The translations under genes were made by a program, and so were the position numbers. DNA of 64,000 bases from Macrostomum lignano (lineage: Eukaryota): contig NIVC01001112.1 of NCBI GenBank assembly GCA_002269645.1, forward strand, positions 1 to 64,000, given 5' to 3'. This document shows positions 25,282 through 36,646 of the stretch, in pieces. The notes under the pieces are model-generated. The model worked only from the letters and a program-made list of their open reading frames with translations. It was not told where the DNA came from and ran no database searches. Position 1 is the first letter of the stretch. The number at the start of each line of letters is the position of its first letter.

Positions 25282-27049
25282 GGTTGAATTTTCGACTGTC
25301 TTCTTGGCTGCTTCTCGACTTCTTTTGGCGGGGAATTTTTAAGAAAACTTTACTACGCAAGCTGACTCTGACTGAGAACTGAGAACCAGCTAACTCGGTA
25401 GAGAAGGCGATATTGTTCAGTAATGCTAGCGCAGAAGCAGAAGACGGGAGCAGCCTACAAGGCTGTAAGGTGGGGGTTGGATAGACAGAGGCGGGCAAAA
25501 AAAGGAAGGGGTGAGAAAGTTAGACTAGAAAAAAGAAGCTCTGCGGTGGGCTGCTGGGCTAAGGAGGGCAGCATAGATGGCGGGATGAAGCGGCTTGAGT
25601 GAGTCGACTTAGCAAGAGAGTGCGGCGCTGGCAATGATGAAGGGATGCTGGGCCTGGGGTGGGGGTGAGCTCTGCTGAGGAGCAGGGAAGAGCGAGAAAG
25701 AGGAAGGGAGAGACACGCTGACCAAACCAGACTTAGGCCTTTTGTGGAGGCTGTTGGAGTGTGGCTTTGGCGATGACGGAGGCTGCAGGATGAGTGTGGG
25801 CGTTGGGGAGAGGGGGTTGACGCCATATATGCGTATCTCAGTTCTCCCCCTCTCCCTTCGAACCCTCCAACCCTTCCGTTCAATCCGAGATTTCCTAACC
25901 CGAGATGCAGTGAAAACGGACGGAGGGGCTGCCCGACTGACTAAGGGGGAGGCTGGACCTCCCATTCCCTGCCTGTCCCTCTCAGTCGGGTTGGGCGACT
26001 AAAAATTGATATTTTATAGAATGCGCCGACTAAGGCCTTGTGTTGTTGAGCTACGAAGAAGGAGAGGGAGGAGAGGAGAGAGAGAGAGAAGGAATGCTTT
26101 TCTATCCTCTATCGCATTCGTCAGTACACTAGAAAAAATAGACAGCATTGGGAGGGACATGCAGCGCAGATAAATACAGGAGAGGCGACTAATACCAGGA
26201 TTAGGGAGCGAGAGAGAAGGGGAAGAGGGGATGAGGGGAAGAGCAATAGGGAAGGCGAAGGACACTGTACAGTGGGGAAACCTACTTTAGCGCAGATAGA
26301 TGTTCCAGCTCCGCAATCTTTTCCTTCCCTTTCTGTGTTCTCTCCCTCACACACACAGCTGCCTCGCAGTGCTACCACATGTATTAAGCATATAATATAG
26401 CTAGGACCAACCTCAGCAGGTTAACAAGGTCGGCAGGTGGGCAGGAGTAGGCAAGGCAAATGTCTTTTTGTGTCCACAGCCTTCAACCACCAGTGCGGGC
26501 CGTGCACAAGAAAACCCTACAGCAGAAGGCCGGACGTGCCCTCTGGCATCGGGGTGGCTGGCAGACTGAAGTCACGGCATGCGGGGGAAGAGAGGGAAGA
26601 GAAACAGGCCGAGACAAGCGTGGACAAAAAATAGTAATAGGCGACAGAGACCGATTGAGGGGCTTAAGCCAGTTGGGAGACAGAATCGGGTTAATGAAGG
26701 CTGAGAAAGTTTTTCAACTGCAAAGAACCAACTCTTTAGTAGATTTAGTACAGGCTAGAATTTTCTCAAGTTTAGTATTTTTTCCATTGAGAGAATATGC
26801 AAATTAATAATGTATTCAACATTTATCGCACGATCTCCAGTCTTTTGATGAAACTGCTTTCAACTTTTTTCGTCTCAGTCTAGTTCGCCTAAGTTAGTCT
26901 CTGTCCGAAGTAATTTGCATGAAATTGATCTTGTGTTGAGAGATATGACATGCAAATGTGTATGTGTATCTGAGGTCTTAAAGATCCATTGTTCGAAGTT
27001 GAGTCATGCGAAGGACATGAAAACATCATAAAAACATCATGGGAACGGA

Positions 27050-27575
27050 GAGCAGAGGAGAGGAGGAGATAAAGGAGAGAAGAGGATAGAAGATGAGAGG
27101 AGAGGAGAGGATAGGATAGGAGAGGAGAGGAGAGGAGAGGAGAGGAGAGGAGAGGAGAGGAGAGGAGAGGAGAGGAGAGGAGAGGAGAGTAGAGGAGAGG
27201 AGAGGAGAGGAGAGGAGAGGATAGGATAGGAGAGGAGAGGAGAGGAGAGGAGAGGAGAGGAGAGGAGAGGAGAGGATAGGATAGGAGAGGAGAGGAGAGG
27301 AGAGGAGAGGAGAGGAGAGGAGAGGAGAGGATAGGATAGGAGAGGAGAGGAGAGGAGAGGAGAGGAGAGGAGAGGAGAGGAGAGGAGAGGAGAGGAGAGG
27401 AGAGGAGAGGAGAGGAGAGGAGAGGAGAGGAGAGGAGAGGAGAGGAGAGGAGAGGAGAGGAGAGGAGAGGAGAGGAGAGGAGAGGAGAGGAGAGGAGAGG
27501 AGAGGAGAGGAGAGGAGAGGAGAGGAGAGGAGACTACAGGAGAGAAAATTAGAGGACAGGAGAGGAGAGGAGAGA
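27050..27575. repeat. (AGAGG)n polypurine array, the reverse complement of the 23190 array (duplicate at ~38410-38935)
   Basis: Pentanucleotide microsatellite with some aggat units. Confidence 0.98.
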
Positions 27576-28620
27576 GAAGGAAATCTATTCTAGAAGAGCG
27601 AATAGAGCGGAATGCATTGAATTATGAGAGTGTGTTGGACCACATCAGGGTAGCGTTGGGATGAGCCTGAGCTCAAAGACCTGACGTCTCAGTAGCAAGA
27701 ACAAACTAGAAAATGCACTCAGCGCATGCTTACAAAGATAATTGTTATCATTACGAGTCACCCCATTGCCGAAACACGAGCGTATTGCCCTCAATGCTAT
27801 CATTTCCGACAGAGATGGACCATAAAAAAACGAACGAACTCAGCTACAGGTTGGCCAGCATGACTACTAGCTGATAATTAACTCGTAATGGGCAGTACGT
27901 TTTATGAGCTGGCTAGTTTTCTTTTACCACATCCGACACTGCACCAAAATTACTCTCTTAGGAGGACGACAGATCGGATAGACTAAAGATACTCACTGCA
28001 GCCAGACAGAGAGACAAAGGCAAAAGTAGGAAGGAAGCAGACTTGTTCAATAGAAACTTCACAGGTTTTTAAACTTAGACTATATAGAGAAATTCAATAG
28101 CTGGTGTTATCTATAGAGAGCTTCTCGTTAGCTGCGAAATCTTTGATCGATATACTCGTAGCTACTATCCTTAGATGACCTTCTTACCAACAAAGTACAG
28201 TGTATCATGTCATGGTCGAAATTCGGAAACGCACTTCTTGAACGTGTTCTACGTTGCATAGCTCTAGACTTAAATCTTGATTTTTAACACCAGTTAAAAT
28301 GTTTATCGTCATGTTTAGGTCGAAACGACACTAACTCCTCTACTTAGTTAGTTAGTGCTACTTTAGTTAGTAGAATATCCAGATTATTTATATGATTATT
28401 AACAAAAAAAGTGACAAAATTGGATTAGCACGTGACATTACTGCAGGTCTAAACAGTTTTGTTATTTTTGTCATATGCATTTCGGTTGATTTACTCCAAA
28501 TTTTGGGAAACAAAAAATAAAATTTAATTAAGCCTGTAACCGCGTTTTTCAGCAAGATTCTTTTTGTTTTTGTTGTTAAAAAGCCGCTGCAGAAGTCACG
28601 TGTTCTGCTTAACTATTAAT

Positions 28621-29510
28621 TAAACAAATTGAATTTGCTGGCCTACTCTCGTAGGAGCGAAGCTCAGATTGAAAATCCCTTTCTGGGACAAACAAATGAA
28701 CTGTATATGCTACATACAAAAATTATTCTATTTAATTAAATTTTTCAATTAGAATGAATCGTGGAAAATGTGGAAATTCCAAACGTCTCATATATTGATA
28801 AAATACACTTTTATTCTAAATTGTCAATCGATATGGCCAAATGAATCTGTGAATGAAGCAACATAAAAAGGATAAAAACACATGCATTATGTATGTAGCT
28901 AATTGAATTTTTAACTCAACTCAAGAGAGCGCCATCAATGTGAGAACGTATTTGACTTGCGAATCTTTAATAGTGACCAATAACTGAACGCTATATTATC
29001 ATTTTGGCACTGCAGCAACTAAGAACAGACATTATTTTGTACTTTACATCCAAACCAGAGGTAAAAGCATCACAAAGCATCCCCAGGATAAAAACTTTTT
29101 GGGGCAGACAAGCAAGTAAAATTAGCAGAATTAATTACGTTTTACCTGTAAAACTTCTTAACCTATTATTATCATCTATTATCTCTGAGTGTTACAACTT
29201 TCACTCTCTATGCAGTATATTAACACATTCTCGGGATTTGCTGCAGCAGCACTTGTTGTTGCATTTCCATAGTAAATGTTTGGTAGCAAACACTCGGTTC
29301 GCAAGTGGCTACGCTCTCCCTCTACACACATGCCGACTAAAAACGCCCTCTATAAAGCCCTAAACAAATTAAACAAATTGAAGTTGCTGGCCTACTCTCG
29401 TAGGAGCGAAGCTCAGATTGAAAATCCCTTTCTGGGACAAACAAATGAACTGTATATGCCACATACAAAAATCATTTTATTTAATTAAATTTTTCAATTA
29501 GAATGAATCG
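28621..29510. repeat. 141-bp direct repeats (28621-28761, 29370-29510) bracketing a ~563-bp core (28801-29363) that recurs at 57532-58098
   Basis: Direct comparison of the sequences; the whole unit is duplicated at 39984-40873. Confidence 0.9.
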
Positions 29511-29992
29511 CTGTTATTAAAAAAAACTGCCGGGTTTTACACAAAAATAGATTAACAAATCGCAAGAAGAATTTTTAATGGCTTGTCGCAGATTTTAATC
29601 ATGTAAAGATGGCCGTTTTAATTCGCTCGTTTACATCCAAATGCAATTCAGAAATCGGGAGGGCCTCATCAAAATGTTTGTTTTCTCCATCGAATGAGCG
29701 ATGTGTAAAGAAGAGATTTCCAGGTCCAACAGTGGGAATGCGTCAGGGAGACCGCGGTTTCCAAAAGCCGCGACAGATCCTTCAAGCATTGGAAGCATTC
29801 AAAGTACACCTTTTTGCGCTCGATTTTGTGAAATCTGCGTTAAATTTGGTGCGAATTCGCCCAAATAGAACGCAGCTTAGACCAAATTGGTTGCTGCATG
29901 GTTTTCTGCGCATGTCTATGGCAAACCATGTCTTTCGGCTTGGCTCGAATTGTCGCTGCGTGTGTCGTACCAAATTGAACGCAGTTGACACA

Positions 29993-30764
29993 ATGACAAT
30001 GGCAATTTCCTCGCTGGACCCACTAGAAGATGGTGAAGATCCGAAAGGTACATGTACGTGGGTTCAAAGATTCAAAGTGCATGCACTGCAAACTTTACTA
30101 CTTTAAGTAGGAAAAGCAGAAAGACGCATTTCTGGCGCTTATTGGCAAGCGAATGTTCAGCCCATCCAGACGATATCGATATTGAGAAGTAGTCTTATAC
30201 AATTACCTGAAGACCTTGCTGAGTGAAGAGCCAAAATAACATAAATCTGTAATCGCCTACCGATACGAGTTTCACAGCATGAGGCAGGAGCCCAACGAGG
30301 ATTCGCACTTTGTCGTACAATCATAGACTGAAGCAACTGGCCGACGACTGCCAGTTCAACGACATCGTCAAGGACCGTCTTCGTGACCAGTTTATATTTG
30401 GACTTTCGAACAAAGATATCCTACGCAAGCTATTGGCCGAGAAACTCGATCGCGGAACTAACTTGGGGCAAAGGTTACCGCTGTTGCATCAGCGTGCGAA
30501 TCTGTGTGCAAAAGAGGTGGAAAGACATGGCGGACTCAGGCGTATTACAGATGCGCCAGTCGATCAGGGGTAAATCGACCCCGTTACCAGAATTCGGCAA
30601 TTGAGAGTAGCCTGAAAAGGCCTCCCGTTGAGGGAAAACAGATATCTTGCTTCTGCTGTGGAAAGCAAAGACATGTGAAGAGTGAATTTCGACTGCACAA
30701 GCTGCTCAAGTTTGAATATTGCGGAAAAGTGAGACATCTCAAAGCCCTCTGTAAAACACTATAA
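29993..30764 (+). mobile_element. Decayed Ty3/Gypsy (Mag-like) gag remnant; duplicate at 41356-42128
   Basis: Fragments LDPLEDGED..WVQRF, YRYEFHSMRQEPNE, DCQFNDIVKDRLRDQFIFGL and a double zinc knuckle CFCCGKQRH...CGKVRHLKALC, with stops and frameshifts; no pol. Confidence 0.8.
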
Positions 30765-30859
30765 CCTCGCACTCTACTTTTCATATGCGTATGCATGAAG
30801 CTTTAACGGTGAATTTGATTGTCTTGTAAAAGTAGGAATGACTATTTTTGTGCATCGAT

Positions 30860-31660
30860 CAGGGGTGTACAGGGGAACATGCCCCCCCCCCCAAGTAAAA
30901 GCTATGGGGGACATGCCATTGTTTTGTCCCCCGGCCCCCCACCCCACCTTGTGACCCATTATGGAAATCAATAATTTTGCTTCAGGGCGACAAAATATAG
31001 CGCCTGCGGCCACCAAAATGACTGCCTGCGGCGCCAAAATGAGTGCCTGCGGCGCTAAAATGAGTGCCTGCGGCACCAAAATGAGTGCCTGCGGCGCTAA
31101 AATGACTGCCTGTGGCGCTAAAATGAGTGCCTGCGGCACCAAAATGAGTGCCTGCGGCGCTAAAATGAGTGCCTGCGGTGCCAAAAGTAATACCTGCGGC
31201 GGCGCAAAAGTAATGCCGCGGCGCCAAAATGAGTGACTGCGGCACCAAAATGACTGCCTGCGGCACCAAAATGAGTGCCTGCGGCACCAAAATGAGTGCC
31301 TGCGGCGCTAAAATGAGTGCCTGCGGCGCTAAAATGAGTGCCTGCGGCGCTAAAATGAGTGCCTGCGGCACCAAAATGAGTGCCTGCGGCGCCAAAATGA
31401 GTGCCTGCGGCGCTAAAATGAGTGCCTGCGGCACCAAAATGAGTGCCTGCGGCGCTAAAATGACTGCCTGTGCGCTAAAATGAGTGCCTGCGGCGCCAAA
31501 ATGAAATGCCTGCGGCGCCAAAATGACTGCCGGCCGCGCTAAAATGAGCGCTGTCAACACCGATTCTGAAAATTATGTACATTTAGGAATTTAGTCATTT
31601 ACATGTGCATGTAGAAACTCTTGGCTTTGTCCCCCACCATAAATCCATGGCGACCCCCTG
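30860..31660. mobile_element. hAT-type MITE carrying an internal 21-bp tandem array (aaaatgagtgcctgcggcgct); duplicate at 42224-43024
   Basis: Termini cagggg...cccctg; TSD gcatcgat / gcatctat (1 mismatch); ends homologous to the 56306 copy. Confidence 0.8.
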
Positions 31661-32017
31661 GCATCTATCATGCATCACTTTGAAGATCAGGTCATCATAG
31701 CCAATTTACACGGTTTTGCGAGTCTGTAGAATCTGCACAAAAGTTTTGATAATCTCGGAATAGCAAAACCAGAATTTCGTGCAGACTGCATGACATGCAT
31801 TTCCTTGTTCGCTGGAACAGACCAACAGAAACTAATTGAAATGGGTGTCAGCTGTGGTTTCGCGGGACACTCAGTCTGTTCTATCATACCAGCTGACCAA
31901 TCAAACTTCATCAGTCGTCTTGAGTTCTAGGTAGCCAGCTGTATATTAAATCGCATCCGTCATTCTTCGCTAGAAAATGAGCTGTAAGGTACACAGATAA
32001 ACCTTGAATATTGTTTT

Positions 32018-32224
32018 AATGACGACTTCCTGCTTAACAACTATCATCATTCTGCAGTCGCTGATTGCAGCTTCTGTGCTTGGCAGTCGTCAACTGGCCC
32101 ATCGCTACATGGGCTGCTACATTGAAAGTGTGCCACAGATCGCGATCTCGTCGGATTGAAAGGACTTCTTCAAGTTGGTCATACAAGGTGAGCAGTCCGC
32201 GCGAAGGCCTGACCTCCTTAGCTG
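32018..32224 (+). pseudogene. Truncated, indel-rich duplicate of the 5' end of the WSC gene, ending at the N gap
   Basis: Matches ~43391-43598 with several small deletions; the sequence stops at the gap. Confidence 0.8.
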
Positions 32225-33465
32225 NNNNNNNNNNNNNNNNNNNNNNNNNNNNNNNNNNNNNNNNNNNNNNNNNNNNNNNNNNNNNNNNNNNNNNNNNNNN
32301 NNNNNNNNNNNNNNNNNNNNNNNNNNNNNNNNNNNNNNNNNNNNNNNNNNNNNNNNNNNNNNNNNNNNNNNNNNNNNNNNNNNNNNNNNNNNNNNNNNNN
32401 NNNNNNNNNNNNNNNNNNNNNNNNNNNNNNNNNNNNNNNNNNNNNNNNNNNNNNNNNNNNNNNNNNNNNNNNNNNNNNNNNNNNNNNNNNNNNNNNNNNN
32501 NNNNNNNNNNNNNNNNNNNNNNNNNNNNNNNNNNNNNNNNNNNNNNNNNNNNNNNNNNNNNNNNNNNNNNNNNNNNNNNNNNNNNNNNNNNNNNNNNNNN
32601 NNNNNNNNNNNNNNNNNNNNNNNNNNNNNNNNNNNNNNNNNNNNNNNNNNNNNNNNNNNNNNNNNNNNNNNNNNNNNNNNNNNNNNNNNNNNNNNNNNNN
32701 NNNNNNNNNNNNNNNNNNNNNNNNNNNNNNNNNNNNNNNNNNNNNNNNNNNNNNNNNNNNNNNNNNNNNNNNNNNNNNNNNNNNNNNNNNNNNNNNNNNN
32801 NNNNNNNNNNNNNNNNNNNNNNNNNNNNNNNNNNNNNNNNNNNNNNNNNNNNNNNNNNNNNNNNNNNNNNNNNNNNNNNNNNNAACTTGTGCAGCCACCT
32901 GCAATCCTTGCCCAACCACCCCAACTTGTGCAGCTACCTCACTCCGTTGCCCAACCACCCCAACTTGTGCAGCCACCTCAATCCTTGCCCCAACACCACC
33001 CAACTTGTGCAGCCACCTCAATCCGCTTGCCCCAACCACCCAACTTGTGCAGCCACCTCAATCCTTGCCCCAACCACCCCAACTTGTGCAGCCACCTCAA
33101 TCCTTGCCCAACCACCCCAACTTGTGCAGCTACCTCTCCCTTGCCCCAACCACCCCAACTTGTGCAGCTACCTCAATCCTTGCCCCAACCACCCCAACTT
33201 GTGCAGCCACCTCACTCCCTTGCCCCAACCACCCAACTTGTGCAGCTACCTCAATCCTTGCCCCAACCACCCAACTTGTGCAACTACCTCACTCCCTTGC
33301 CCCAACCAGCCACCAATCCTTGCCCCAACCACCAACTTGTGCAGCTACCTCACTCCCTTGCCCCAACCACCCCAACTTGTGCAGCCATCCTGTTTCATGT
33401 GTAGTTAAACACAAGCTCACTGTAGATCTCTTGCTTAAACTCCCAGAAAACAGAATTTCACTCAC

Positions 33466-36400
33466 CAGCAATAGATAGAAAGCTAAGCGTCCGAATGTTC
33501 AGAATATGTCGTAGGGAAGTGTCGCTGAGCGAGGAACACCAGCGCAGGCACAGTACGCGCAGCCTCGGCATTGTAGACAAGTATCCAACTCCGATATCTG
33601 ATATGGTTGTGCACCTGTGGGCAGGATAGAAATTTATACATTTTCGACTGTTGGCAATCATTTGAATTATTGTAGCAAGCGCGTTGTGCGCGGGCGGATC
33701 CCGGAGAGTCAGGGGCAATTTCGGCGACACGAACTGTACCGAATTTCTGACACGCTGCTTCATTGGTACAGAAAGAATCAGGACGACGTGGCGTTGAAAA
33801 TCATAAACCAGAATTCGGCGCCAAAATCTATAGCCATAAATTAAAGCTAGGCGATTCTCCCAGCTTCCTTATCTCGATCAGGGGCAGACCTGCACCTCCG
33901 AAGCTTTCAGTAGCAGTCCTGTTTTGACGATGTCATGCGGGAACTTCGTGGGAGTTACAAATTTCGAACCAAACCCTGGATTGTACCGTATGTTTATATG
34001 GAACTTTAAAATGCGGGTTTGCAGCAAACTCTATAGAGATTCTGCGAGTATATAATGCAGAGATAATCAAAACAATATTTTGATTTAAACTGTTTGCTTT
34101 GAATTTAACTTTTCATGTAAAATTTGTGTGAACTGACCTTTTACATGTAGTTTGGTGGAGTTGAGAGCCTTGAGATTATTTATTGATTTTCTCTCATCTA
34201 TTTGGTCACCATGCATAGCCTATACCTCACCATAATCTAAAGAAATTGCTATCAAACTGGAACAGCGCAATTGGATCTGGAAGAAAGACTGCAATGCGAC
34301 GGCTTATTGGCGAATGAACTGATTTGACTGCTTAAAATGTCTATCCGGCATCGATTTGACGCGTGTTCTTCAAATCTTCACTTATGACAGAGGTCGGCAA
34401 ACTCCGGCCCGTGTGGCCCTGCGGACCGCGAAGCCTCTCTATCCGGCCCTCGGGTCCTTTTGAAGCTTCACAATAGCAATGCGGACAACTCAAGGTTTGT
34501 GTCTCTGCTCAGCTCTCTTCTGTCACCTCTCTCCTCTCCTCTCTTCTCCTCTCTCTTCTCCTCTCCTCTCTTCTCCTCTCCTCTCTTCTCTCTCCTCTCC
34601 TCTCCTCTACTCTCTCCTCTCCTCTCCTCTCCTCTCCTCTCTCTTCCCTCTCCTCTCCTCTCCTCTCCTCTCCTCTCCTCTCCTCTCCTCTCCTCTCCTC
34701 TCCTCTCTCTCCTCTCCTCTCTCTCCTCTCCTCTCCTCTCCTCTCCTCTCCTCTCCTCTCCTCTCCTCTCCTCTCTCTCTCCTCTCCTCTCCTCTCCTCT
34801 CCTCTCCTCTCCTCTCTTCTCCTCTCCTCTCCTCTCCTCTCCTCTCCTCTCCTCTCCTCTCCTCTCCTCTCTTCTCCTCTCCTCTATTCTCCTCTCCTTC
34901 CTCTCCTCTCCTCTCCTCTCCCTCTCTCTCCTCTCCTCTCCTCTCCTCTCTCTCCCTCTCCTCTCCTCTCTTCTCCTCTCCTCTCCCTCCTCTCCTCTCC
35001 TCTCCTCTCCTCTCCTCTCCTCTCCTCTCTCTCTCTCCTCTCCTCTCCTCTCCTCTCTCTCCTCTCCTCTCCTTTCCTCTCTCTCTCTCCTCTCCTCTCC
35101 TCTCCTCTCTCCTCTTCTCTCCTCTCCTCTCCTCTCTCCTCTCCTCTCCTCTCTCCTCTTCTCTCCTCTCCTCTCTCCTCTCCTCTCCTCTCTCCCCTCC
35201 TCTCATCTCTCATCTCCCTCTCATCATCTCCCTTCTCTTCTCTCTCGTCTCCTTTATTCCCTCTCCTCCTTTCTCCTATTTCTCTTCGTAATTTCCTCTT
35301 CTTTGTCCCTTCCTCAGGCCTGCAGTATTGCGCTAGGTTCTCTATCTGCCCCTTGAGATGAAAAGTTTGCGGACCCCTGATTTATGACCTACCTGTCGAG
35401 TTGCAGCCTCTCAACAGGCCCAGATCGCAGGCAATGCACTCTAGCGACACGTCCGTAAGCTTCTGACACCAGCTGAGATCCAGAGAGCGCAGCTGTTTCA
35501 TGTGCTCAGTAATGCAGTCAACAGCATCGTCGGTGATCTTTGAGCAGCCGCTGAGTGACAGCTCCTGCAGGTGAGGCATGCTGCTAGCCAAATTAAGCAC
35601 GCCCTGGTTAGTCAGCTCCCAGCAGCTGTTAAGCGTCAGCTTCGCAATAGCGGCTGCCTGCTTGCTGCTAAACAGAGTCATGGCATTGTCAGTCACATGG
35701 TAGCCCTGCAGCTCAAGGCAGGTCAGATTCGGCAACAGCTGAGTGATCGCTGCTACGCTTTCGTCCGACACGTTGATGCAATCGGTGACCGTGAGGTTGG
35801 TCAGCTTGGGCGACAGCGACGACCACAGGCCGACCTCAGACAGATCGTTGCAGCCGACCAAGCAGAGGGAGGTCAGATTAGAAAACGAATCAATCAGAGT
35901 CTCCAGTCCCTTGTCGGTGATGGTGCAATTGTGCAAAGACAGCTCGGCAACTCGCTTCTCAACACTGGCAATCTGAATTAGAAAGGTGCTCAAACAGTCG
36001 TCCGAGAAATTGACCAACTTCACAGAGTCGATGCAGCGCTGCGCGAGGCTGTCGCAGCATCGGCTGAGCAGCGGGACGTCCTCCTTCAACTGTCGGATCG
36101 GCAGGCAGAGGCGGAGCTCGCGCCAGAAAGGCAGGTCGTAGAGAACATCGCGCCATACTGAGCACACTGAGCAAACACGGCTGGCCTCGTAGGGGCTTAG
36201 GTAGCGGGCGATGAGTCTAACGAACCAAGCGGCGTGGAGCAGCTCTCCGGCTGGTATTGGCGGCCCCTTGGTGGCCAGCTTGGCCCGCATGTAGTCCGGT
36301 AGCGAGTCCGGCGTCGCCTTGGCGTCAAGTCGATCTTCAGGCCCTGATTGAACAGGCGCTGCTTGATGGCGGCCACTGTTGCACCGCCGCCGCTGCTACC

Positions 36401-36646
36401 GCCTCCGCTGCTGCTGCTGCCATTGCCCGAGCGAGATATCAGAGGACTACCAGGAGTTCCTGACTGGCCATTCAGCTTGCCATCTGACGACTGATGAGTC
36501 TGTTGCTGTTGCTGCTGCTGCTGCTGCTGCTGCTGTTCAGTTGAATTGTTGGCGCTGGTGGCGCTTTTGCTGCTACCACTGATGCGCAGATTGCGGATGT
36601 TGTGCGAGAAGTCCACGCAGGCGCGTGCAAACGAGGCCATGTCCAT
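33466..36646 (-). pseudogene. FBXL16: FBXL16 copy B: frameshifted and lacking the last exon; probably an assembly duplicate rather than a real pseudogene
   Basis: Near-identical to copy A (offset ~11.33-11.37 kb). Exons 35393-36646 and 33466-33614. Single-C losses near 36296 (gtagtccggt vs gtagtcccggt) and 35412 (ctctcaac vs ctctccaac). The last exon would fall in or before the N gap. Confidence 0.85.

Noticed and set aside
24205-25498. Overlapping antisense and alternate-frame ORFs over FBXL16, ERCC1, NT5C2 and PEF exons
   Set aside because: Expected shadows of GC-rich coding sequence; no independent features.
30961-31560. MSACGAK / QALILAP repeat ORFs (also 42223-42957)
   Set aside because: The 21-bp array inside a MITE; an in-frame unit length produces spurious ORFs.
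32034-33408. Long ORFs spanning the N gap
   Set aside because: Artefacts of translating N as X.
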